A DNA stretch of 64,000 nucleotides. Source: Candidatus Saccharimonadales bacterium. Its GTDB lineage: Bacteria > Patescibacteriota > Saccharimonadia > Saccharimonadales > UBA4665. The notes beneath the pieces are model-generated. The model was not told the origin of the DNA. It was given only the letters and a program-made list of their open reading frames with translations, and did no database searches. The stretch is from contig DASVRP010000008.1 in assembly GCA_036388555.1 (NCBI GenBank), positions 91,609-155,608 on the forward strand, given 5' to 3'. Numbering within the stretch: the stretch's first letter is position 1; every line of letters starts with the position of its first letter. Both the position numbers and the translations under genes were made by a program. Below are positions 9,175 to 17,265 of the stretch, piece after piece.

Positions 9175-9969
9175 TTAAAGCTTATCGATTCTCAGGGTTG
9201 TATCTTCGGTGAATATTTCTGAGTTATAATCTGCTGCACGTAGCTTCTGGCGCCAATCCTCCAACTCACTCGTAGGCACATTGGCAACAAAATAAGCGCT
9301 TTTACCGTCATTGCAATTGACTGTGCTCAGAGATGGTATGGGGCGGAGGGGTGTATTGTTTATCCAGGCTTGTTTAATCATATTGCAGCGGTTATTGTTC
9401 TCATCTTCATAGATAGATGATACGTTCGTATGGATTACGAGATTAGCGCATAACGGTGTAAGGTACTCGGTGTGTGCATAACAGTTGACGATAGGCTTAG
9501 TATCTCCGGAAATCTGTAATTCGAGTTTATTAGATGGAATACCATTGATTGTTAACTGCAAGTTATGTCGGCCAGGTTTCAAATCACTCGGATCGTATTG
9601 TAAGTTTCGACTCAAGGTCTTTTTGTTTTCAAGTGGCGGAAAGCCAATCATGCACATTCCGTTGACGTCTGTATTTTTTTGTTTTCCATCAACATAGTAA
9701 TCGATTATTTCTGCACAGTTATCCCAAGCAAAATACTGTTCTTTCCCACTTTTGTTCGCAACTGTCAGCGTAACTTCTACGTATCGGTCTTTTGTGTACG
9801 CGGGCTTAGTGTTTTTCAAGCTCACTACCATCCCACGCACAGGGTCGCCGGGCGTAGCTAAGTTCTGTCGCATTTGGAAAGTGTTATACGCTAGAAAAAT
9901 AATGCCACTGATACCAAGAAGCAACAGTAATATTCCGATCGTACCGAAGCCTTTACTGCGCAAAGTCAT
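9175..9969 (-). CDS. Hypothetical membrane-anchored extracytoplasmic protein, Cys-rich
   Basis: 264-aa ORF with an N-terminal TM segment (GTIGILLLLLGISGIIFLAY). TGCAATGAT lies 6 nt upstream of the ATG. Confidence 0.5.
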   Translation of the reverse strand: MTLRSKGFGTIGILLLLLGISGIIFLAYNTFQMRQNLATPGDPVRGMVVSLKNTKPAYTKDRYVEVTLTVANKSGKEQYFAWDNCAEIIDYYVDGKQKNTDVNGMCMIGFPPLENKKTLSRNLQYDPSDLKPGRHNLQLTINGIPSNKLELQISGDTKPIVNCYAHTEYLTPLCANLVIHTNVSSIYEDENNNRCNMIKQAWINNTPLRPIPSLSTVNCNDGKSAYFVANVPTSELEDWRQKLRAADYNSEIFTEDTTLRIDKL

Positions 9970-10043
9970 GACGCTATCATTGCATAAAAATAAGCACTAT
10001 CATAGTTCTTATGCCTGGAGAGCCATTGTAGTCTCTATTAGAA

Positions 10044-10568
10044 CTAGACTTGCATAAGGATATCATCTACTACCGTCTTAATAGGCTGACTGGCATCGAT
10101 TGTAATGTAGCTATACTTGTCGTAGTATTCTGCGGTGTTAGCCTGCCAAGCTTTAATCTGGTCAAGTTCGCCTTCATTCTTACCGAAAGAATTATTTGTC
10201 CGACTAGTAATCCTGTGATGCAATGTTTCATTATCAATTATCAGTGCGAAGAGTTTATCGAATAAGTCCAGAAATTCTGTGTCGTTAGATGCCACACCGC
10301 ATAAGAAGACATTTTTACCTTTACTTTTATCTTTTAGGTCCTCGACTGTTTTACGGGGCAATTTCCAAGTATGATACTCCCTCCAGGCCGCAGTTATCTG
10401 GCCGCCATGATCTGAGGGATTGTCAACTCGTTCGTTGGTTTGATTATTATAGAACCCGGCAAATTGGTTTTCGTCAGTGCCATATACTTCGTGACCACGG
10501 TTCTTCAGTTCGTGATATACCTCTGATTTGCCGGCTCCTGCAATGCCGGTTACATAGAATAAGGACAT
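10044..10568 (-). CDS. P-loop kinase-like protein, paralogue of the N-terminal domain of the 7771-9060 product
   Basis: 174-aa ORF with Walker A (VTGIAGAGKSEV). It shares the motifs VYGTDE, FLCGV and GK/R..EEL with the fusion protein. Confidence 0.6.
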   Translation of the reverse strand: MSLFYVTGIAGAGKSEVYHELKNRGHEVYGTDENQFAGFYNNQTNERVDNPSDHGGQITAAWREYHTWKLPRKTVEDLKDKSKGKNVFLCGVASNDTEFLDLFDKLFALIIDNETLHHRITSRTNNSFGKNEGELDQIKAWQANTAEYYDKYSYITIDASQPIKTVVDDILMQV

Positions 10569-10676
10569 GAGCCTATCATATCAAATAAAAAAATTCCAAA
10601 AACAGAGGAGTTTAGCTGTAACTTCTGGTAACTGGTTATTTCCGGCTATTCGACCGAAATCATAGAAGACCAACCA

Positions 10677-11093
10677 TTAAGGGTTGTAAAATTGTAGGCC
10701 TGCAATTAATTGATCAGCTGATATTTGATCTAATCCTTGACCTTTCGCATACGGCATCGTTCTTTCATAGTCTCCTATGTTGACCCTCACCCTTGCTTTA
10801 TTTTCAGAGTTGTACAGGTCTACTATTATAGGTTCAGAATCGGAAAGGTTGTCGGCGAGTTTATTATTGTTTATCATACTGTCCACTTTATTTTTATATT
10901 TGTCGCCTTGCCGGAAGTCAAAACCTTTACTTCTCAGATGAGCAAATATCTCCTTACCGTTATTCCGGTAGTTTCCATCAAGTTTATATATAAATGTTTT
11001 ACTAAGAGTGCAGTCAGTCTCATCGCCATTATTACTGCTCGAGCACAAAGGATCTGAGCTTTCGAAAACAGGCGTTCTATTTTGAAGCTGCAT
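10677..11093 (-). CDS. Hypothetical protein whose start codon abuts the IS element
   Basis: The track ORF 10677-11147 begins inside the IS. The native part starts at MQLQNRTPVF (ATG at 11093), which straddles the IS boundary and target duplication. Confidence 0.4.
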   Translation of the reverse strand: MQLQNRTPVFESSDPLCSSSNNGDETDCTLSKTFIYKLDGNYRNNGKEIFAHLRSKGFDFRQGDKYKNKVDSMINNNKLADNLSDSEPIIVDLYNSENKARVRVNIGDYERTMPYAKGQGLDQISADQLIAGLQFYNP

Positions 11094-12003
11094 ATAACTA
11101 GTTTCAAAACTCTCCTCCTTTCCGCAAACACACCAGCGTACAGCCAAGCTCCACGAATGCCTGGAACATGCTCAGGTGCCGCTCCCAGCGGTACCTGAGC
11201 CGCCGGTAGTATTTGAGCCACGCAAAGGTGCGCTCGACTCGGACGCGTAGCGTCCCGACGCCCGCGTCGTAAGATGTTGGCGGACTGTCAAGACGGTCCT
11301 GCCGGTGCGCCACGGAACGCAGCGGGATGTTCGCAACAATGCCGGCGGCCTCGAGGTATGCCCGGAAGCGACTACTGTCGTAGCCTTTGTCTGCGTTGAG
11401 GATGCAAGGCTGGCAGTCCCGGCTCACCGCCAGCTTGAGCACCGTGGCGGCCGCGCTGTAGGCGTCATTGCGGTTGCCGGCGGTCAGGACTCCTGCCAGC
11501 GGTGTACCCCCGAAATCCACGACCAGTGACAGCTTCGTGCCGTAGCGGCGGTGCTTGCCGGAGTAGCCGCAGGCGTCGCGCCAGTGCGGCGCCTGCACCA
11601 GCGAGCCGTCCAGCTGGCAGACGAGCGGATCGAGCGCCGACTGGCGCTCGAGACCATCTAGTGCCGACTGCCAGGCGGCGTGCAGCGCACCGCGTGCCTG
11701 CCAGTAGCGTAACCGGCGCCAACAGGAGACGTAGCCGTACCGGCAGAGGTGGGGCGGAATGTCCTTCCAGCGGCAGCCTGTCTTGAGCACGAAGACAATG
11801 CCAGGCAATAACAGTTGGTTTCCGAGGGCCGGCCGGCCCGTCCGGGCTGTCGGCCGCGGCAGGGCCTGGGCAAGCCAGGCATATTGTGCCGCAGTTAAAA
11901 AGAACGTAGCATGTTTCATGGGTAGCACCTCCTCTTGTTTAAGCGCAAAGGTATGCTACCCGTTTTTTGTGGTATGGGCTGTGAGTTTTGAAACTAGTTA
12001 TAT
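11092..12003 (-). mobile_element. IS5-family insertion sequence (IS427/IS1031-like), about 0.9 kb
   Basis: Perfect 21-bp inverted repeats: ATATAACTAGTTTCAAAACTC at 11092-11112 and GAGTTTTGAAACTAGTTATAT at 11983-12003. They flank a single DDE transposase ORF. The outer ATAT may be a palindromic target-site duplication. The element is visibly more GC-rich than its left flank. Confidence 0.8.
11104..11928 (-). CDS. IS5-family DDE transposase
   Basis: 274-aa ORF. The N-terminus has GRPALGNQLLLPGIVFVLKTGCRWKDIP (IS4/IS5 helix-turn-helix region). DDE-region motifs are LNADKGYDS and RVRVERTFAWLKYYRRLRYRWE. Confidence 0.85.
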   Translation of the reverse strand: MLPMKHATFFLTAAQYAWLAQALPRPTARTGRPALGNQLLLPGIVFVLKTGCRWKDIPPHLCRYGYVSCWRRLRYWQARGALHAAWQSALDGLERQSALDPLVCQLDGSLVQAPHWRDACGYSGKHRRYGTKLSLVVDFGGTPLAGVLTAGNRNDAYSAAATVLKLAVSRDCQPCILNADKGYDSSRFRAYLEAAGIVANIPLRSVAHRQDRLDSPPTSYDAGVGTLRVRVERTFAWLKYYRRLRYRWERHLSMFQAFVELGCTLVCLRKGGEF

Positions 12004-12057
12004 ACACATACAAATCTACACTATTCAGGAACTTCGACGGCATGATAAGATTCAGGT

Positions 12058-12530
12058 ATGTCACTCACCGCCCATGACCTTTCTGATATTCGCGACGTCG
12101 TCCTTGAGGCGCTGGACATCGCGGTGAACCCTCGGCTTGACCGCGTAGAGGATCGTCTGGATGGCGTCGAATCCCGGTTGGACGGCGTAGAATCCAGACT
12201 GGACGGTGTAGAATCCCGACTCGGCAGAGTAGAAACCAGGATCGACACACTCGAAAACCGTATGGGCGGCGTAGAGTCGCAACAGACTGAAACCAATCGG
12301 CTGCTCACTATGATTTCGACTAAGCAAGATGGCTTAGAAGCGAAGTTTACGGCATTGTGGCATTGTATGAAGACGTCAAAGAACTGTACATAATGCTCGA
12401 TAGGCAAACCAAGCCCGACATTTCCAGTTCGGCATTTCAGAAACTTCCATCGAACCAAAAAATCCTTGCACTGCACGCCGAGGTGACTCAACTCGCCAAA
12501 GATTTCCACATTACCTTACCGAAAATATAA
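12058..12530 (+). pseudogene. Coiled-coil heptad-repeat protein, paralogue of 24374-24808, frameshifted by an 8-bp tandem duplication
   Basis: The ORF stops at 12393. GGCATTGT is directly duplicated at 12351-12358 and 12359-12366. Removing one copy restores ...LEAKFTALYEDVKELYIMLDRQTKPD...DFHITLPKI* ending at 12530. That restored sequence aligns with ..TAANDIKELYGMISEFKRD.. of the paralogue. Confidence 0.6.
12136..12282 (+). repeat. Seven in-frame 21-bp tandem units (heptads RLDGVES and variants)
   Basis: CTGGATGGCGTCGAATCCCGG / TTGGACGGCGTAGAATCCAGA / CTGGACGGTGTAGAATCCCGA and further units. These are coding repeats within the coiled-coil gene. Confidence 0.8.
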
Positions 12531-12599
12531 GCGGACTGAGCATATCGAGCGGCAGATACTGCCGCTACCGGTCTACGGCGTATACCGCCACGATGCCAC

Positions 12600-13157
12600 C
12601 TAGTCGACTTCCAGCTTGCCCGGCTGGTTCCCGCCGTTCGGAGCGACCTGCAGTGTCCAGTGGTGTGTGGTCTTGGGGATATCATGCGTGACAGTCTTGA
12701 TGATCCGGCCATCGAGATAGTAGCGGATCGCGGTCGGCGTCCATTCCGTCGTCGCGGTATGCCACTGGTACCAGCTGGCGCGGGTACCCAGGCTGTCAGG
12801 AGATCCGCAGTGGTTCGGGGGTTTGATATCGTCCATATCGCACGGCGTCGGATGATGGTAGACATGGATCGTGTCGTCGAAGTTCCCTTCCGGATAGTCT
12901 ATTTCACCGTCGCTCCATATATCCGAGCTTGGCCATACTATCATGGCCGTGCCCTGTCCGGCTGCGGCAGTCGCCTTGAACCTGATGCTGTAGCGGCCGT
13001 ACAGCTGCCCCAGCAGGTTGCCGATGGGCATGGCCTCGCCGGACGGGGTGGTCGGGGTTGTAGCTGGTGCCGGGAACTTCACAGCCTTGCCGGCGGACGC
13101 AGTCGTGTCACTGACGGACGTCGTACCGCTCGACAGCGTACCGGATTCTGGTTCCAC
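12600..13157 (-). CDS. GH16-like (concanavalin-fold) glycoside hydrolase; the signal-anchor region upstream is out of frame
   Basis: ExDxxE catalytic motif GEIDYPEG, and it is a paralogue of 35747-36715. The track start is GTG. The same frame stays open upstream to 13275, encoding a TM segment (PLVILAVVIGIALLGTYIL). An ATG at 13282 is offset by one base across a C4 run at 13246-13249. Confidence 0.7.
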   Translation of the reverse strand: MEPESGTLSSGTTSVSDTTASAGKAVKFPAPATTPTTPSGEAMPIGNLLGQLYGRYSIRFKATAAAGQGTAMIVWPSSDIWSDGEIDYPEGNFDDTIHVYHHPTPCDMDDIKPPNHCGSPDSLGTRASWYQWHTATTEWTPTAIRYYLDGRIIKTVTHDIPKTTHHWTLQVAPNGGNQPGKLEVD

Positions 13158-13343
13158 GGACAGGAATAGCGTTGCGGCTTCTGACGTGGTGAGTATATAC
13201 GTACCGAGTAAAGCTATACCGATGACTACTGCCAGTATAACCAGTGGGGACTTCGGAGAGGTACTGGTCGTAGTGATTTCATTCTAGCATAAGCATGACA
13301 TCGTATAGCATGACGCCGCATGCAACGGGAATGCCCATTTTAG

Positions 13344-13927
13344 TCATCGATAGATTTTAGACAGGAGAGTTATTTCTGTTGCGGACAATGCGCGGTCGTA
13401 CAAGCGTACATCGTCCAGTCTACCGTTGAACCAGTTGCCGTTCGGATCGGCGATGCCACCACCACCGATATTAAATGGATAGGCACTGCTCGGAACAGTA
13501 CCTATAGGATCCGAGTCTACCATGACACCGTTTTGGTACCACCTAGCGGTCGTGCCATCCCAGGTAAGGTATATATGCTCGTCAGGCCATTCGTCAGGCT
13601 TTTGCCGGTACCGATGTATGCGTTCGTTCCGTTGAAGTTATACGCGCTATTGGCCCTGGCCTTGCGATCTGTCGTCAGGGTTGCGTTGTACACCGTGCCG
13701 TTATTGCCCTGCGGTGTCGCGTCCTTGGCATTGCCGTCGAGCTTCCAGTGGCTGACAAGCCCGCGCTGTAGCTCGATGTCAGTGCTGGTCGCCAGGCTCC
13801 GTGGAGCACCGCCAAGCGCAGCGTAGACACCGCCGCAAAGTACACACAACGCTGTTATAGACAACCCTGCTACGAGCAACGTCCGGCTGCTAAATCTAGT
13901 TAACCTTCTTCCGGTAAGCTACCTCAT
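13344..13927 (-). pseudogene. Decayed LamG-domain secreted protein
   Basis: ATG at 13927 is followed by an in-frame TAG at codon 3 (13919-13921). The N-terminus ..YAALGGAPRSLATSTDIELQRGLVSHWKLDGNAKDATP matches the 17266-19359 product. The frame breaks near 13590 and the central part of the domain is missing. The C-terminus lies in another frame: HIYLTWDGTTARWYQNGV...NGRLDDVRLYDRALSATEITLLSKIYR* (stop at 13344-13346). Confidence 0.65.
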
Positions 13928-14064
13928 CGTCATTAAAGCATAACAAAAATGCCTAGCTCTGTCGATTACTCGCTTTGCGCAGGCTCCTGGATTGCAGCGG
14001 TGCAGTGCATCAGCTATACTACACAGTAAATAAGCGCAAGCGGAGAACTTACGGAGCGATTACG

Positions 14065-16050
14065 ATGAGCCGATTACCTGTACCTGGCGGAGATGACGGT
14101 TCCTGGGGGAACGTTCTCAATGACTTCTTATCACAGATCCATGACGCTGACGGCGCATTGAAGTCAGCGGTCGTATCGAAAGCAAACCTGGCCGCCGGTG
14201 TCCAGACTTCGCTCGATAAAGCCGACGACGCCGCTACGCCTGCTCTGGTCGACAGCAAGATAGCTACCCAGGCTGCCAGTGACAGCACGATGTATGTCAC
14301 CAAACCTGCCGGAGGCTCGAACGGCCAGTTCCTCATGAAATCCGGCACGGTAGTTGCCTGGGGATCCGCCAGCGGCAGTACCACCTGGGTAAACGTCAAA
14401 TCAGCCCATGGTGCCACGGGTGACGGCACGACCGACGATACGGCAGCCATCCAGGCCGCTATCAACGCCCTGCCCACTACCGGCGGCATCATCTACATTC
14501 CCCGGGGCACCTACATGGTCGATACGCTGTACATCAACAGCAGCAATGTCTGCGTCCGCGGCGATGGTATCGGCCAGACGATACTGAAGCACCGGCCCGG
14601 CACCGGCGTTGATTCACGGGTACTCGCCTTCAACAGTACCGGACCCAGCCATACCGCTACACCTGGCGCTTATTTCTCGAATGTAGCAGTCATGGACATG
14701 ATCGTTGATAATAGCAATGCCACTGTCACCAGCAGCAGTGTCAGCAGCACAGTGCAGGGCGCGGTATTCTTCGGATCCATCAAGAATGGAACCATCCGCG
14801 ACGTATACATAAAAGATCCGCGCGAATTCGGTGTCAATCTGTTAGCATGTATCGGAGTTGCCGTCGAGAACGTCACCGTTGATGGCATGCTGGGCCAATA
14901 CGCCGTCAACAGTATCAATATTCAAGGCGACCTGATGGAAGACAACTCTGGGGCTCTTATATCCGCAGGACCCTCAAAACATATCAGGGTCCGGTCCTGC
15001 CGGATCATTGGCAACTGGGTAGCCGACGGAGATACTGCGTCAGGCGGCGGTATCTGTATTGATATCATAGAGTCGTCTGATGTCAGTGTGACAGATTGCG
15101 TCATCGACCTGACAGGCGAACCTGCTGCCAGGGGGCGTAACGGCAGCGGTATCATACTGGAAGGCGGCGGCCGCAACCAGGATAAGATACGTGACATGAA
15201 TTTTATAGCTGCAAATAATACCGTCATATATTGCAAGAATGGTATTGGCGCGATTGACACGAGTGGTGCTATAGACACCACCGGCTTGTTAGACAATTAT
15301 ACGTTTACCGGCAACCAGATACGAAATTGCAGCAATGGTATCGTCGTTAACGGCCGCAACGCAACCGTGACCGGGAATGCCGTGAAAGCGGACTCGTGCG
15401 TAGCCATAGGTGCCAATAAAGTATCTACTGAGTCCAACATCACGATTACCGGCAATACCTTGCATACAACACTGAATGCCGGAATTGTCGTCGACAAGAA
15501 TACGATCGGCGGCGAGGTAGACGGACTGAGCATCACCGGCAACGTCATCGACGGAAGCGCCGTTCCAAGTAACGGCCTTGGATACGGCATCGTTTTCTAT
15601 GGCGCGGTACACAATTTTACCGTCAGCAACAATGTCGTCCGTAATACCAGACTGGCCGGTATGTACCTATCTTCAAACAGCGCCTCACTGAAAGCTGAGA
15701 CCGGCCGTATCATCGGCAACCTGTTCCTGAATGTCTGCCGGGGTAGCGGTCTTTCATTCCCGACCTATTATGGTATCTCGAGTGCCGGCAGCGACAGCGT
15801 ACTGACCGCTCTAAACCATGTCACTGGCGGTGCCGGGATGCAGCGGCATATTGCCAGCGAGAACGGCTATCCGATGACTATCTTCGGCAACACCACCACC
15901 GACAACGGCGGTGTCATACAGGACAACAATGATTCGAGCATCCGGCTCGGCGGCACGGTCAGCGGATCGCGCGGAGGCAACGCCGCCTTAGCTAGTCTGC
16001 TCAGCGGCCTCTCTGCCGCCCAGTTCATAAAGAATAGTTCGACGACGTGA
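14065..16050 (+). CDS. Right-handed beta-helix (pectate-lyase superfamily / tailspike-like) protein with a tail-fibre-like N-terminal module
   Basis: [42 protein letters not shown] is the pectate_lyase_3-type start, and many GN-rich beta-helix turns follow. The likely start is [22 protein letters not shown] at 14065, with GGAG 9 nt upstream. The track ORF begins at 13975. Confidence 0.7.
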   Translation: MSRLPVPGGDDGSWGNVLNDFLSQIHDADGALKSAVVSKANLAAGVQTSLDKADDAATPALVDSKIATQAASDSTMYVTKPAGGSNGQFLMKSGTVVAWGSASGSTTWVNVKSAHGATGDGTTDDTAAIQAAINALPTTGGIIYIPRGTYMVDTLYINSSNVCVRGDGIGQTILKHRPGTGVDSRVLAFNSTGPSHTATPGAYFSNVAVMDMIVDNSNATVTSSSVSSTVQGAVFFGSIKNGTIRDVYIKDPREFGVNLLACIGVAVENVTVDGMLGQYAVNSINIQGDLMEDNSGALISAGPSKHIRVRSCRIIGNWVADGDTASGGGICIDIIESSDVSVTDCVIDLTGEPAARGRNGSGIILEGGGRNQDKIRDMNFIAANNTVIYCKNGIGAIDTSGAIDTTGLLDNYTFTGNQIRNCSNGIVVNGRNATVTGNAVKADSCVAIGANKVSTESNITITGNTLHTTLNAGIVVDKNTIGGEVDGLSITGNVIDGSAVPSNGLGYGIVFYGAVHNFTVSNNVVRNTRLAGMYLSSNSASLKAETGRIIGNLFLNVCRGSGLSFPTYYGISSAGSDSVLTALNHVTGGAGMQRHIASENGYPMTIFGNTTTDNGGVIQDNNDSSIRLGGTVSGSRGGNAALASLLSGLSAAQFIKNSSTT

Positions 16051-16086
16051 TGTATACTGATATTAAACATAAGCGGAGCTCCTGAT

Positions 16087-17196
16087 ATGGGCCAGGCAGT
16101 ATTTGGTAATAGACGAATTTTAAAGGATAAACGGTTCCGAATAGCTGTAGTTATCGTCACGGTTATCAGCATTGCCGGTATTGGCAGCTACATGGCGTTC
16201 GGATCCAAGGCTGCTGGACCGTTCGTAGCCGCGGAGACAGAAAGCGGTACGGTCTCTGCACCAGCATCCGCCATCACCGACACGACTGCCTCGGCTGGCC
16301 GAGGCGTCAAGTTCGGTGCCGCCACGCCACCGCCGACACCACCGACTCCCCCGCCAGTTGGCGTTCCGACGCAGCGGGCAGGCTGGTGGTGGTCCGACCT
16401 GGAGTCGGTACCACTCGGTGTCGTACGACCGAATACGACGGCATCTACCGAGCTCAAGAAGCACTGGACTTGGTTCGGCCAGAACGGTCAGGAGAATGAA
16501 TATGGCTACCCGGAAATGGTGACCGCCTCCAGCCAAGGCATCCCGGCGGCACCGGCCGGAGACAAAATACTGAAGCTGCATCATGCGCGTGGCGATACCG
16601 CCGTGCACCACAAACTTTTCAAAACCTTCACGACACAGAACTGGACCAATGGACAGCTCGTGCCGGACGGGCCGTCGCCTGCTGATGTATCTGGACGTTA
16701 CATATCATACATGTACGTACCGTCAGCCAAGTTCAGCATGACATCGCACGGCTGGGTCAATATGTTCCAGTACAAAGAGAACATCATCACCACGGCTGGA
16801 TTCCAGCAGGATCCGACATGGCTCGCCGGAGTGAACACCACAGGCACGCCTGGCAGATACGTCCTCAAGTTCCGCACCGCGACATATGACTTTACCCCCT
16901 ATATGGACAAATGGGTGAAATGGGAAATGCGGCTGTACCAGGGCCAGAAGATAGAATGGTACCTAAACGACCGTCTCATAGAAACCGGTCTGGAGAGCCA
17001 GCAACATGTTGGATCACGGTGTAGAGTCGGCGGCACCTATAACGGCGCGACCATCACCGACTGCAAGGGCTGGGTCTTCGGCGTCGGCAACTACACATCG
17101 AACCAGAACCTCTCCGGGTCATGCCGCTGTGAACCCGATTATAACTATATCGACACCACGGTATACGTCGACTTGACGACCCTGCTCCCTCTCTAG
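16087..17196 (+). CDS. Secreted protein with shared N-terminal cassette, Pro/Thr linker and a jelly-roll (polysaccharide-lyase/lectin-like) domain
   Basis: 369-aa ORF with a signal anchor, then AAGPFVAAETESGTVSAPASAITDTTASAGRGVKFG, then ATPPPTPPTPPP. The C-terminal domain assignment is tentative. Confidence 0.55.
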   Translation: MGQAVFGNRRILKDKRFRIAVVIVTVISIAGIGSYMAFGSKAAGPFVAAETESGTVSAPASAITDTTASAGRGVKFGAATPPPTPPTPPPVGVPTQRAGWWWSDLESVPLGVVRPNTTASTELKKHWTWFGQNGQENEYGYPEMVTASSQGIPAAPAGDKILKLHHARGDTAVHHKLFKTFTTQNWTNGQLVPDGPSPADVSGRYISYMYVPSAKFSMTSHGWVNMFQYKENIITTAGFQQDPTWLAGVNTTGTPGRYVLKFRTATYDFTPYMDKWVKWEMRLYQGQKIEWYLNDRLIETGLESQQHVGSRCRVGGTYNGATITDCKGWVFGVGNYTSNQNLSGSCRCEPDYNYIDTTVYVDLTTLLPL

Positions 17197-17265
17197 CGTT
17201 AGCGCACAAAATAATAGTGCACATGTGATGTGCAACTGTACTGTACCGGCAACAGGACTAATCCT

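Noticed and set aside
12136-12282. Regular 21-bp repeats that could look like a mini CRISPR or tRNA-like TCGAATCC motifs.
   Set aside because: The units are contiguous with no spacers, in frame, and encode heptads of a coiled-coil protein. The TCGAATCC strings are part of those codons and have no flanking tRNA arms.
12021-12509. 162-aa minus-strand ORF antisense to the coiled-coil gene.
   Set aside because: It is a repeat-driven shadow ORF (Ser/Thr/Pro/Arg low complexity) mirroring the 21-bp coding repeats on the + strand. It has no start context or recognisable features.
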